DNA of 64,000 nucleotides from Eledone cirrhosa (GCA_964016885.1 OZ024743.1:217682001-217746000); one strand, 5' to 3'. Positions 37,162 through 50,988 are shown, numbered from the stretch's first letter. Notes: a model not told the origin generated them from the sequence alone. Numbers and translations are program-made.

Positions 37162-37953
37162 TCTATATATATAAAACAGAGGATGTCTGTGTGTCTGTTT
37201 CCCTAAAACTCGAGAAGTACCCAACCGGTTTTTTTCAAACTTTATATATGTAACTCGTATGACCCCGGAAGTGTTTTGAGCAAAGAAAATTTCAAATTTC
37301 CAATGCCCTAGGGACCGTATTAGGCGATTTAGCGATCTCTTTCTCTTTCTCTTAGTCTTTCTCTTTTTAGATAGATACATAGATATGACGTCGCGCCTTG
37401 ATAATATCTGTCTGTATGCCTGACTGCATGCATTACGTCATTATGACGCGATCAGTGTGTGTGTGTGTATATATTCTTATGCCAGGGAACATCTTCACGA
37501 ACCAAAGTATCGTATTCCTGTTTTCCAGATTGATTTTTTTAGTTTAAGAAGATCCCGTTAAGGTTGAAAGCAGCGATTCTTTGCTTAAACATTAATATGT
37601 TATTTTAATATAGATATTCGGGTACAGATATTTTTGCACACACAAAAACAAAATATAAACAAACAAGGCCAAAGATTACATCAATTAGTCTTAGTGTATG
37701 TACTTCATACTGCTTTTAGGTAGAATATCCCGTTAAGGGAGAAAGCAGTGATTCTTTGCTTAAACTTTAGTCTGTTATTTTAATATATATATATATATAT
37801 ATAATTATATATTTATGGACAGATATTTTTGCATACACAATAACAAAATATAAACAAACTTATTTATTTCACGAGGTTCGATAAGGATAAATATATATCA
37901 AATATATAAGAACCCTATAGCAAATCCCGAGCAACGCCGGGCCATTCTCCTAT
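37162..37953 (+). mobile_element. Non-autonomous Helitron-like element
   Basis: 5' TCTATATATATAAAA..GATGTCTGTGTGTCTG; 3' GC-rich hairpin CCCGAGCAACGCCGGG 8 nt before CTAT (canonical CTRR). Confidence 0.65.
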
Positions 37954-37956
37954 ATA

Positions 37957-38362
37957 TACAATATATTAACAAATGGAAACTATATTTATAAAACAATATT
38001 TATTTCATTATACATATTTCAAAGACACCAAAGCAAATTATGGTGCGCTTTCATCAGATAAAATATAACATAGATCAGTTTTATAAACAAATATTGACAT
38101 ACCCTTAAAGAATGCGACCATGTCGAGGGTATGTCAATATTTGTTTATAAAACTGATCCATATTATATTTTATCTGATGAAAGCGCACCATAATTTGCTT
38201 TGGTGTCCTTGAAATATGTATAATGAAATAAATATGGTTTTATAAATATAGTTTCCATTTGTTAATATATTGTATTTTTACTCCAATAATTTGTTGAGTG
38301 CATTATATCAGTTATAAAAATATTTACTTGTTGTATCCCAAGAAATTAAATATAACTTTTAC
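37957..38362 (+). mobile_element. Fold-back pLTR insertion carrying an HHR in both arms
   Basis: Inverted arms 37957-38105 and 38126-38274; right arm extends to (TA)n. Confidence 0.85.
38166..38230 (+). ncRNA. Type I hammerhead ribozyme (inverted copy at 38001-38065)
   Basis: tattttat CTGATGA aagcgcacca..tggtgtcctt GAAA tatgt ATA atgaaata. 8-bp stem I, AUA triplet. Confidence 0.8.
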
Positions 38363-39165
38363 ATATATATATATATATATACTACCTCTCATAGTGTTTG
38401 CATGTGTGAATATGAATGATATGTAGGTTGGAATAATTCAACAGATTATTGTTATTATTGGCTAAATACAAATATTTATTCCTCTACAGGATAAGCGATA
38501 TCTTTGTAATCACTATCTTGTTCTTAAACTTTCTAAGTATAATATGTATTTGTAACTATAATATCCGTGATTTTCATTTTATGATTTATACCATTCTTTT
38601 GACACTGTTATTTAGGATATTAATATTGCTGAATTTAAGAATTATATCTTGATATATGATAGGGGATTTTAATATAGGAACACCAATGAATCATGCTGCA
38701 CCGAAAGGTATCATATACAAAACTGCTGTCATGTTCTTGCCACCCCATAAAAAATTATGATCGCATAGTAAGATATATTTACATCGATATACCTTAACGT
38801 CTTCTCTCAAGTCAATATCTCATATCACGCAAAATTAAGAAGAATATTTATGCAACTGAGTTAATGTTTTATATAAAACTTGTTTATCGACATATGATAT
38901 CGAATATGAAATCTATTTTGAATCATTTCGATATTTTTTGTCTGTAGATGCTATTCCAATTCCAGAATCTTTGACATGAATAATTCTCATAATGACAATT
39001 TTGTCTTTTACATTTAAAACGTTTCTTTAATAAATATAAATTCATATAAATGTTTTTTTTTTATGAGAGTAAAATGTGGAAAGTGGCAAACGGTACATCC
39101 TAGGCTGCACATCATATATTAGCTGTACTCCGTGAGCAAGATAGAGAAGTCATTGCCACCAAATA

Positions 39166-39352
39166 ATTGTTTCTACTTTTGGCACAAGGCCAGCAATTAC
39201 CCAGTACATTACTGGTACTTTATTTAATCGACCCCATAAGGATGAAAGGCAAAGTTAACCTCGGCGGGATTTGAACTCATATCGTAAAGAGAGGTTACTC
39301 TTTGCGTCAAAGCATGGCGTCCGACCCTCTACCGATACTGCCAATCCACCGC
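39166..39352 (-). mobile_element. SINE family 1
   Basis: Same A/B boxes and body as 1865-2050. Confidence 0.88.
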
Positions 39353-39359
39353 CAAATAA

Positions 39360-39615
39360 TGAAAGACATCGATCGACAAGTTCCCAGATCTCATTCACTT
39401 ACAGACTGGAGTGGACCTTATCAAAACTGATCAAGGAAACAATGTTTCTTTTTGTTTCTATTGCTGATATTATCTACCGATTGCAACTCCAGATAGAAAG
39501 ACCAATGTGAAATAAAGTGTTTTACTCAAGGACATCACATATCTCCCGGTCTAAGAATCGAACACGCAACCACACGACTGCGAATCAAATTCTCTAACCA
39601 CTAAGCCAAGCGTTT
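39360..39615 (-). mobile_element. Second tRNA-derived SINE family (CORE/Meta-like), diverged
   Basis: Minus: TGGCTTAGTGGTTAGAG, GTTCGATTC, CCTTGAGTAAAACACTTTATTTCAC. Confidence 0.7.
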
Positions 39616-41329
39616 TCAATAAGAACAGCCACTTATATCCACTACATCAGCTGTTTCCACATCACATATTTCCTTCTGCAGATGCAGTCAGCTCATCCCG
39701 ATTTGGTGATAGAAAACGGTAGTCTAACAAAAGATGATGGCCTCTGGTGCAAAATACAACTCTTCTTTATTGCCTGACATTTGATCAGCTTCAGCTTCTT
39801 AGCCCCTCTTTGTTTATGACTAAGGCGGTAATGTTGGTACTGGGAAAATTGTCACTAAACGTGGCGTCACATCTTGAAACAAGAAAACGTTTATCCTGTT
39901 CGGTTGCCTAACATCTGTGTAGTCAAGGCCATCAGTTTCAGTGAATTTTGATTCTTTATTATGAATATTCTAATCTATTTTCTTGATTCTTTTTCTTTTT
40001 TTTGTGTCTTGCTTTTACCGTTGTGTTTTTAGATTTTCAGTTTATTTATATTTCATTAATGTTTTGTTTTGTAATTACTATCTCTCCTCGACATAATAAT
40101 GTAACATTTCCATGTGTCGAATTTTTTCCACGAACAATGATTGATATAAACTCTCATACCATTTGCACTGTATTATTAGTTACTTGTTTCTGGTTTATTG
40201 CATTTGTTACAGTAGCTGCAATTATTAGCTTAAGGATTTAATAGACCTCTAAAACTCGTTCATCAGGAACTAAAAACGTTTTAGAATAACGTTCAAACAG
40301 CCTTCATAATATGTGATAAATCGATATTTATTTTTATTCAACGTTTCAAATATATGGCAACCAGTAATTTTATTTTCTAACATTTGAACCAAAGGAGGTA
40401 GTTAGAGCTCTATCCTTTACAGACGTTCTTATACAGGTGACGTGTCAATTATTGTATTGTTCAACTTCATATTCTGGGGGACTGAAAATCCATGACGTTT
40501 AGAAGAAGCGCGTGTACGAATGTAGGAGAGGAGGATGTTCGGTGGGCTTCGGTAATAGTGTTTATATAATTTGCCTGTCCAACGGAGAGGTAACTGTGAT
40601 AATAGTTAATGGAAACGAAGTTAAGTTGGAAGAATTTGGGCGTGGGTGAAAAGAGTGTGATTGAAGCAGGGCATAGGATGTTGATATGTATGTGTTGTTT
40701 GGAGATTCGTTAACAATTAATCCGATAGTCAATATTTGTGGGACTGTATAGAGCCAAGAAATTTTTTGTAGTTTATATTTCACCCGCTGTGGTTTTGAAT
40801 GAGCAGATTTATGGCAAAACGTCGTTTCAATCATGAACATTGAGTTGTTTTTCAACATTAGATTAAACATTATGAATTTGCCTTTTAATTTGTTGATATT
40901 TCTAGTAGGAAGATATACCACAAAGAGGTTGTGTGATGCACAGCTGCACCGTCCAAACAAGTTTTTTTATTAATTCAATATGCTCAATTCGTGATTTGTA
41001 TAGGAATGGTAATGAAATCCTTGCATATTAGTTGTATATGTGAATTGAATATATTCCTATGAGATTCAAATCCATCTTGCATTATCAGTCCGCTCGTGAA
41101 TAAAGTGTTCCGTCAACATTGTTTACCAATGTATTCATTCCACAGTCACTTACAATTATATATCACTATGTATGGTGATAATCAGGGAGTTGATCATTAC
41201 TCGCGAGAGAAGCTAATCCATAACTCGGATTTCAATTTGTGGTTCTGGAAATTTATACTTCACTTGCATCGTGAATATTCTGACAAAGCAGGAAAGTGAC
41301 AGTAGCTATTTCAACCATTCCCTGACTAT

Positions 41330-41427
41330 AATTGTTTCTACTTTTTGCACAACGCCAGCGATTAACCAGTACATTACTGGTACTTTATTTTATCGACCCG
41401 GTAAGGATGAAAGGCAAAGTTGACCTG
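41330..41427 (-). mobile_element. SINE family 1, 3' fragment
   Basis: TTGTTTCTACTTTT..GGATGAAAGGCAAAGTTGACCT. Confidence 0.8.
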
Positions 41428-41794
41428 AATATAATGGAAATAATCATCCATCACTGAATAGTTTATTGCCCAAATCTGTGAAGCAGAGATACACTTTTAT
41501 GTATCTTAGTTGTATCAAACATGGACTCAAATAATACAACACTGACATACAGCTCTTCTATTTCACGCCTCCTTTATTTCCAGCTTCATATAGTTTTAAA
41601 ATAGATCTGAAATTCAGTTTTTCGCTGAAAGGACTTCAAATTTATTTGACTTATCCGATGTTATCAGTATTTTTTATATATTTAAAAACCAAGGTAAAAA
41701 ATCGCTTCTCCTGTTTCTAAGCCAACAATATACGATTAAGTGATAATATAATAAGTTCAAATGTTCTTCTATATATCTGTTGCCGGCGCCACAA

Positions 41795-41995
41795 CGAAGT
41801 TCCTACTCCAGCTCAGCCTGTCCATCATTGCTGTCTGGATTGTCCCTTCTTCTAACCCTATGTAATCTTCAAAAGCATTTCTTCAATGTGGTAGATGGCC
41901 TCCCAAATCGCCTGCACACACCTGGTGTCCAGAAAAGGAATCTGCCAGTAGGTTCACTGTGAAGTGTCACATATCAGGCTAATGCGAGCTTCCAA
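41795..41995 (-). pseudogene. RTE-type LINE C-terminal remnant
   Basis: RFLFWTP..RRFGRPSTTLKK..AMMDRLSW. Confidence 0.6.
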
Positions 41996-42696
41996 TGACT
42001 TATGATGCAGAAAACCGAAGCTGTGAGCGGTAGAGCGATATATTTGTTACGTGTGTTCTCTATGAAAAAGAAGAATCAGAGTAGCAGCGATTATCTCACC
42101 GGCTAAGCCGTAAAACTTGATGTAACAAAGTAAATATTTACGAACAATTGCTTTGAAACCTACGGCTTTGCAATCAAATTCATATATTAATATTTATACC
42201 CATAGTTATTTTTACATTGGGCTATTTTGTGTCTAAAGGATAATTCCGAAACGCTAGGAGTCGTGGATGAAGAGGAATAAAGAAAATTACCAACTAACAC
42301 TGCTTTCCAAATACAAACCTTATGGTGAACACTAAAACTAAGATAAAGACGAAATGCAGCCCTCACTATTGTAGGTATCAACATTTCAGCTTTACAGGTT
42401 TCATTTATAGAAAGTGGTGCCTTTTTGTTTTATAAATAAAAATTTCAGTATATAAAAATATATAAACAGCAAATATAAATGCACACACAAATATATATAT
42501 ATATATAGGGAGTAAGGTGAGGTTACTGTAGATTCACCCAGACCAGAGGTCCGACGAGCGTTTTGAATCCAGAGTCGGGCCAGACCAATAAAGATCGGGC
42601 CTTGAGCAGATCAATAGCGAAACGCGCCTCACCAGTGAATAGACGTAATGAAGGCTTAAGAAATCGTCCTTGTTTTATTATTATTATTATTATTTG

Positions 42697-42874
42697 GATT
42701 GGCAGTATCGGTAGAGGGTCGGACGCCATGCTTTCCAGCATAGTTACGTCTCTTTACGATCTGAGTTCAAATCCCGCCGAGGTTGACTTTGCCTTTCATC
42801 CTTACGGGGTCGATAAAATAAAGTACCAGTAATGCACTGGGTGATTGCTGGCCTTGTGCCTAAAGTAGAAACAA
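42697..42874 (+). mobile_element. SINE family 1 between (ATT)n tracts
   Basis: A/B boxes; ATT repeats on both sides. Confidence 0.9.
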
Positions 42875-43111
42875 TTATTATTGGCGATCGACGTAGTAAA
42901 TCGTATCATCGACAGCTCTGCAAAGGTTTGTTGTTTTCAGTTGTTTAAAATTGCCATTTATGGAAAATTTTTATTGTTAAGTGTATATAAGTGCACATAC
43001 ATTCTTTTCTGAAAAGGACACTCAAAAAGATTGGGGCCTTGAGCCAAAGATTTTAACTTTTATAATTATAACAACAACAAAAATTTCTTTGAAAAATCAT
43101 CACCTAATAAG

Positions 43112-44015
43112 ATGGAGCATCGGCGCCTATGCACCGTGTCTTATCGGACGATTAACATAAAATCGCGCCAAGTGGAACGGGCATCCGAGTCCCAAATCCA
43201 AAAAGCTTTGGGACATGTGTGGGCAAAAAAAACCCACATCAGGCGTGGGCAGAAATATGGAACCGTGGACGTGTTCTTTGAAACACCACAGGAGGCCAGA
43301 GAACACTCCATGGCCCCATTAAGAAGTGACTACTTCACACTCGTCCCACGTTCCAACGGTCATCGAAATTCCCTGGCTAATGGCTGCCATACTCGCTGGC
43401 ATCGAGGCCAACACCAAGATAATCGAAATAGCGAAAGAAAAGCAGGAGAACTGGTCCGGATCTGGGATGGAACTCCTGATCCAAGCGGACCAAAAAAGCA
43501 TTGAGGAGATCCCAGAGGTAATAGACCTCACTGACGGTAGCCACCTCACCGTAATCGTCGAGGGCAGAAGGCCTAGGTGTGTCGTTTGTGGTGAAGGAAC
43601 CCACCTAAGAGCTTTCTGCCCTCGGGCTAAAAGGATGAGGCCAACTTTCTTACCCACCACAGTGAATCAACCATCACCACCACCAGCATCAGAAATGGCA
43701 GCAACAACTGTAGCAGCAACAACAGAAGCAACTGTAACAACAACAACCCCTACAACAGTAGCAAATCCAACACCACCACCACCCAACGCGCCAAAAGACT
43801 ACACAACAACCCAACATTTCACACCACCTCCACACGTACAAATCACTCACATCACACAGAAAACGTACACGACGCTAAAACAAAAATTCCCCAAAGACAT
43901 CGGAGACTTCCCACAAGCACTCTCCAGGAGGATTTATAAGGACATCCTTCAGGAGGAGGCTACAAGCAGTGAAAAGGATGGAGAAACGATCCTTCCTCTA
44001 CGAGAAGTAAGGTAA
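43112..44015 (+). pseudogene. Tx1 ORF1 (gag-like, CCHC zinc knuckle), one frameshift near 43340
   Basis: VIVEGRRPRCVVCGEGTHLRAFCP = CX2CX4HX4C, followed by a Thr/Pro-rich tail. Confidence 0.8.
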
Positions 44016-44049
44016 GTGGTCTTTCCCATTTTTTCCACTCTATTTCAAC

Positions 44050-47000
44050 ATGACTTCACTCAGAATAGGCAGCATAAATGTGCGTGGCTTGGGGTTGTCA
44101 TGAAAGCAGGGCCAACTGCTCAACGACCTCAGGTCACTAAACATAGATGTAGTGGCCATCAGCGAAACCAGAAGCTCCGAAGCACGGGCCTTCGCACTGA
44201 TCTTCGGCGACTACGATGTGTACGCATCTCCCAGCCGTCTTGGATCGGGGGAGGAGTTGCTGTGCTTTTTCGGAGAGGTTTGGATCTCACCATACGGGCC
44301 ATCTTCCTGGACCCAGAAGGTAATTTGGTGGTGCTGACTGGACGTGACCAGCGGAGACGGGCAATCTTTCAGTCTAGTGGCCGTCTATGCCCCGACACAG
44401 CAGGGCGGCCTGATTTCTTCCGGCGTCTGGAGACCTTTCTTGGAACGTCCCGCTCTTTAGTGTTAGTGGGCGACTGGAACGGGATCTTAGATGCACGCTG
44501 GGACTGTGTGGGATTAGCGGATAGGGGAGGAGGGTGAAAGAGGCTCACCAACCTGCTCAGGCGTTTTGAACTGTCTGACAGGTACCGATTGGATTTCCCG
44601 AATGTGACAATGTGGACTGGTACAAATCTTATAAGGTCATCCAGATCATATATAGATAGAGTTTTTGTAGGGAAATATATAGGTCTAGCATAGGCTGTCC
44701 ACAATTCAAGATAGTCAGCTACACGGACCACAAATTCGTGATCTGTGTGCTTGACTTAGATAGGCTTCATAGACGAGGTCCCGACTACTGGAAGCCAAAC
44801 GCGTCCTTACCAGCGCACAAGGCCTACAGAGACGGGATTAACGAACTAGTTAAGCAGGCGTTGACGGGGGCCATCGTGAACAACAAGAGTTGGTTTGCTC
44901 TGAAAAGAGCGATTAGAATAGAGTTCATTAGGTTTAGTAAGGCTTTAGCAATAAAGGAAAATAGAGCAGAGGGAGAATTAGTTAGAAAATTAGACGAGGC
45001 GCTTAGCAAAGGCATCGCGACCGACGTACTTGCTGCAAAATTGACCCTTGACCAATTCTTCAATGCAAAGCACGAAGGCTGCATTGTCAGAGCTAGGGTG
45101 CGTGCTCTCAGACACGAGGGGACGAAAGCCCTTAAATGGGCCCGAGTCGCGGAGGCGCGGCGTGGCAACATAGCCACGATACGGTCTTTGGTGGACCACG
45201 ACGGGCGCATGCTACTCGATCCCGGGCAAATGTGTGAAGGTTTTCAGCGACACTTCGCACTGCTATTCGGGGGCAGCGGCGGGCCGGATCGAGGGATGGA
45301 CTTTAATGTCTACCTTGACGGACTGCCGCGGCTCTCGGCCACTGAGGCGGACGGTTGCGAAAATTGATAACAGCCGCTGAAGTACGGGAGGCAATGACTG
45401 GCTGCACATGGGGTAAATCGCCTGTTTTGGATGGTCTGCCCTATGAAATTTACGTACAGATGCCAGACTTGTTCGGATGCCTCTTGGTGGACGTCTACTG
45501 CAACTGGCAACAGAACGGGAGAATTCCCAGCTCTGTGAGCCGAGGAGCGGTGGCGCTGCTGAGAAAGGATCCGAACAAGGTGGATAACATAGATAATTTT
45601 AGGCCCATAACTCTGCTAAACACAGAGTTCAAGATTTTGGCCAAGGTGCTAGCAAAGAGGTTGGCGCTTGTCGTTGGTGGTCTGGTGGGAGAGGCGCAGA
45701 CATGCGCCATTCCCGACAGATCCATCCATGACAACCTCCACCTCATGCGATACATCGTAGAGAGGGTAGCTAGGGAACCTGGTACGGGTGGGTTCTTGAT
45801 GAATTTAGATCAGTCGAAAGCTTTTGATAGGGTCGACCATCGTTACCTAGCGGCAGTCCTGAGTGCGGATAGCTTTGGGCCCGTCTTCAGAGGCTGGATC
45901 GCTGCCATGCACAGCGACATCTGCTCTGTGGTGAGAGTGAACTGTCACCTTTCGGAACCGTTCAACATCATGCGCTCCGTCCGGCAAGGATGTCGCCTCT
46001 CGTCCCTCTTGTACGTATTGACTCTCGAGCCATTACTGCACAAACTGGAGACGTTGAGAGGGTTCCGCGCGAACTAAGATGCGGAATATCCGTGTCAGCA
46101 TATGCGGACGATGTCACCGTAGTGGTGTCGAACGCCAAACACATCGAGGCGATCGGCACTACACTAAGAGAATCCGAAGCGGTGACAGGAGCAATGATCA
46201 ACCAGGAAAAGTCAGTGGGCCTGCAGCTCGGCACCTGGAGAGGCAGGTCCATGCCGTCCAACAGTGTCGTCGGGCGTTGGACGGACGGACCAGTTACATT
46301 GCTCGGGGTCTGGTTCGGTCCGGATCTCCAGACGGACAAAAACTGGGACGAGGGGACGAGCAGGGTGGCTTCTCTCACCCAGAAATAGGCCGAGAGGAAG
46401 CTATCCATGAAAGGTAGAGAGGAGGTGGCTAACGCGTATATCGCGTCAGTCATCTACTACCGCCTGACCGTCGTACCTTATCCTAAGCCCCGCCTGACTG
46501 CGCTGGAGCGTTTGCTCTTTCGCTTTTTGTGGAAGGGACGCGCTCCGATGATCAGGTGGTCCATCTGCTGTCAACACCTTCTACGTGGAGGGCTGGGAAT
46601 GCCGTGGCTGATGATGCGCAGACACGCGCTCAGGCTACGACATCTCCACCTCTTCCTCGACGGTGATCAGGTGTGGTCTCCGTTTGCTAGACGCGTCTTT
46701 CCCCAGCTCGTCTCCTTGACGGAGCTGCAGTCCTGGGTCAAGCGAAGACCGAGAGGGAGTGCTTGGAGACTGGAATGTCTTCAGGCGCTCACAGCCCTCG
46801 ACCACTCGGGCAATGTGATCGGTGGAAACTCCACCTTGGCGTTCTATAGAGGATTAGTTGGGGGGAAGAGCGATGACGTACTTAGAGAAACTCTAGGCGT
46901 CGACGAAAATCAATTAGCCAATCTCTTCGGAAGGACTTTCGGGCCGGGGCCTATGGACGACTTCCAGAAATCCCTGGCCTGGCAGTGCTACCGAGGAGCT

Positions 47001-47468
47001 TTGCCAGTTCGGGATAAACTCTACAGGCATGGAGGTGCCGTCAGCCGGACATGTCTGAGATGCGCGCAGGGCAACGAAACCGTTCTGCACGCACTCGCCC
47101 AGTGTCCGAGCATTGCTGACTTGTGGGTTTCTGTCGAACACCTGCTGTCACGTGCAGCACGGATCCAGCTATCAGCTGAGTCCATCGTGAGGATTGCCCC
47201 GCCCTCTTCCTTTAGCCGGGAAGGGCAGGCAATTTTTATCTGTCTGGTGACCATGGCGAAAGAGATAGTATGGTGGACTCGTTTGAAAGGGCTGAAGACG
47301 AGCACTTACGTCTTCGGTGATGCCCTGATTAACTTTTTCAAATTTCATTTGAAAAGGAAAATCAGGGTAGAGAGGGAAGTGCTCTCTTCCCAGCATTTTG
47401 TTGAAAGATGGGTGAAAGAAGCAAGTATGGCCCGTGTGAATGGGCCTACTCTGAGTATCTGTCTGTAA
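44050..47468 (+). pseudogene. Tx1 ORF2 (APE endonuclease, RT, C-terminal zinc finger), frameshifted
   Basis: MTSLRIGSINVRGL, AISETR, GGGVAVLF, LVGDWN, YIDRVF, YTDH, KSPVLDGLP, NFRPITLLN, LDQSKAFDRVDH, VRQGC, AYADD, CLRC..ETVLHALAQCP. Confidence 0.9.
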
Positions 47469-47713
47469 ATTAATGGTGGAAAACTGGGAGAGGGCACTTG
47501 CCCTGGTGGTCAGGGTCACTGTGGCCTTTTAATGGGCTTTCTCTACAAATGTCCCTCGGAAGTCTCCCCCCTATTGGCGAATTTGTCATTGTTATTTTTT
47601 ATTACATCCTCTGTTTTTTTTACACGCAGAAATGCCCATTTGTACCGTCCTGAATTGTCCTGTACTGTCCTTAATGTCTACTTTATGTAAACCCTTGTGG
47701 TTAATAAAGAAAA

Positions 47714-47750
<37 letters not shown>

Positions 47751-48960
47751 ATTATGATTATTATTATATATATAAATATATATTAACTCAAAATACTAAC
47801 AAAAATAGACATTCGTGTGATCAAGTATATTTTATTATACATATTTCAGAGGTACTGAGCTATCTTCAACAGTACGTCCTTATCAAATAAAATAAGATGA
47901 TGCATGACATATCCTGACTTAGTATATGGTTCAAATTCAGTCATGGTAGTGAATAAGATATGACAAAACTCAATATTTATATACCTTAAGATTGAGACAT
48001 TAAAAAATGTACATATAATACAGAGGGTGCGTGTGAGAAAGCTTAAAAATACATAATAGCAATTGACATAACTGTTAGAGATTCAGATAATTTAAATTAT
48101 TGAAGAAAGAAGAAAGAAAGAAGAAAGACATAGAGAAATAGATGAGGAAAAATATAGTTACTAGAAGCAAAAGAGAATTGATCAATGATAGAGAGACAAG
48201 GAGGAATATTTGTATAGTATAAACATAGGAAGGGAGATTTGTATTGTCGTGGATGAATAGGGTGTGATTAGATGATGCAAAAATATATATATCTATATAA
48301 ATACATAAATATACATTTGGGATTAGCTTTGTGAAAGAGTAAACTCGAATCTTTGAATTATCTAGAAATAATCAATCAATCTAAATATTAAATATAACTG
48401 AGTGTAATTATGTGAGGGTTTAATTTCGAGTCCTTAGTTAATTAGAAATATACTAACAATTAACTATATACATTATATATATCCAAACGTATCTGGCTGA
48501 CCGTTAAATTTCGAATCATTTATGTTAGTTCAGAATAATGAATTAATCTAAAGGTATAATATTCAGGCTATAAAAGTTTATAAATATCTATATTAAAGTA
48601 TACTATCATATTTAATTTATAAAATCATATTTAAAGTATTTGCAAACATGAGAAAGAAGAGACTTAATATTTTCATCCCCTCGAAGGTAATCCATATTAA
48701 ATTATATTATTTTATATTATATTAAAAAAATTTTTTTTATATTAAAATAATAATTCTCATTATATAATTTAGAAAATAATTAAAATTTTAAATTAACAAT
48801 TAGAATGCCCTAAAATATCTAAAGGCCTTATAATTAAACTTAAAAAGGGGTATTATTAAATTAGATATACGCATTTGTCTAAATATATACAAAGAGTATA
48901 TTGTCTAAAGTTCAATACGATATTAGTCAGTTATACATTACATAACATAATATAATATAA

Positions 48961-49122
48961 TTGTTTCTACTTTAGGCACAAGGCCAGCAATTACTCAGTA
49001 CATTACTGGTACTTTATTTTATCGACCCTGTAAGGATACAGGGGTAAAGTTAACCTCGGCCGGATTTGAACTCATAATAGCCGTAACATAATACCCTCTA
49101 CCGATACTGCCAATCCTCCGCC
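48961..49122 (-). mobile_element. SINE family 1 (internally deleted)
   Basis: Matches 1865-2050. Confidence 0.85.
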
Positions 49123-50366
49123 CTGGCGGAGTTACTGTTAATATTGTTAAAATTAAGGTTTTATATCAATTATTATATTAGGATCATGTAATACATATAT
49201 ACTATAAATATACAAATCAAACTTCATGAATCATAAGGATAAGAACGAGATTCAAAATAAATAAGTAAATTGTTTGCGATCCTATAAGTGCCAAATATCT
49301 AAGCTATATAATTTAAAAATACAAGAGAATTTTTAAGGATCTATATTGTAGTATAATATCATATTTAAAGTGACTGCAAACATAAGAAAGAAAAAACTTA
49401 AGATTTTCATCGACCCGAAGGTAATCCGAATTTAATTAAATTAAAAAATAATAATCGTTATATAATTTAGAGAATATTTAACAATTATAACACTAGAATA
49501 TCCTTAAGTATCTAAAGTACTTATAAATGTAGCTAGAAGCATGTTATTAAACTAGATATACACATTTGTTCAAATATATACAGAGTATTCTGTTCGGAAC
49601 TCAAGACGATATTAGTGATCCATATACATATAATAAATAATAAATACAATCATTGTTAGTAAAGTTATAATTGAAGTTTTACATCAAGTTAAGTGGAAAA
49701 AGTTTGTCGACTAGTATCGTGTGCGACGCATATACCATAAATATATATAAATATATAAATCAAACATCCTTAATCTTAAAACTAACATACTCCAAAAGAA
49801 TAAATACATAAATACATGAATGTTAACCATATAAGATATATATTTTTTAAACTGTTAACCATATAAGATATATATTTTTTAAAAATACAAGAATCCCGAT
49901 CAAATTAAATGTATCTATGCAATCAAATGATATGCATATTCATCAAGAGATCATGTTAACAATCTATATGTTTATCATAAATGAATAAAAGATTATTATA
50001 AGGTTTTATAATCTGTTATAACATTTTACGCACTCAGTTGATAAGAGACGTCAAAAATTAGAACCTATTTATTTAGTGTTTTTTCCTGACTTTTTGAGAG
50101 GCTTGGAATATAGAGGAAGCTTTATGAAGGCAATTTGAGAATAATTCACTTTTTTTGTTAATTAAATTTTAATAATTAGTAATTATTATTAGGGTCTCCA
50201 TAGTACAAATATTGCAGTTAGGTGATATTGAAGAATTCAAGTAGATTCGACTACTACACAGCTTCGACCAAGAAATCGAGTATTTTAAATTTGTGTCTTT
50301 TAATGACCATATAAGTTGTGATAAAAAGTCGAAGATTTCCTAATAGGATTCGAAAAATAATCAGCT

Positions 50367-50433
50367 TATTTTATCTGATGAGGACGTACTGTTGAAGATA
50401 GCTCAGTACCTCTGAAATATGTATAATAAAATA
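50367..50433 (+). ncRNA. Type I hammerhead ribozyme (relative of the 38.2-kb motif)
   Basis: tattttat CTGATGA ggacgtactg..cagtacctct GAAA tatgt ATA ataaaata. Confidence 0.8.
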
Positions 50434-50571
50434 TACTTGATCACACGAATGTCTATTTTTGTTATTATTTTGAATTAAAATTAATAACTCCGGAAAACCA
50501 TAACTGTTGAGTGCTTCCAATCTATTGTAAAACTCATTCTTTCATTTATTCATTGAACCTTATTTGATCTT

Positions 50572-50629
<58 letters not shown>

Positions 50630-50909
50630 TATAAGGTTTTCATATATAGTGACCATGCATTTATGTATGTATTTATGTATGTATCTTAGGATTCGAGGTC
50701 CAGGCGTCACTCTTCCTGTATAGTGGAGTAGCGTTTCTAAATCTCGCCTCTCTCGTTTGGCGCAAGAACAAATTCGTCCATTACATTTATCTTTAACGAA
50801 TAGATAACAACCAATAAAGCTAAAGTGAAAATCCTATGGTGCGTACGTTTCTTTTTATTGGCAATACTGGTAATATAACCATCCCCAAATATAACAATAT
50901 ATATATATA

Positions 50910-50988
<79 letters not shown>

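Larger units (their letters stand above)
42883..47715 (+). mobile_element. Full-length L1/Tx1-type LINE, disrupted
   Basis: ORF1, ORF2, AATAAA and (ATT)n tail; ATTATTATT at the 5' junction. Confidence 0.92.
47783..50572 (+). mobile_element. 2.8-kb non-coding PLE-type insertion with about 110-bp inverted pLTR at the 5' end and an internal AT-rich tandem duplication
   Basis: 47783-47896 is the reverse complement of about 50365-50478; about 48600-49250 resembles about 49350-49800. Confidence 0.75.

Noticed and set aside
39650-39900. Possible host exon in non-repetitive-looking sequence
   Set aside because: Stops in the frames examined and no recognisable protein motif.
40560-41160. Possible decayed PLE 3' end on the minus strand
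   Set aside because: Similarity too weak to support by eye.
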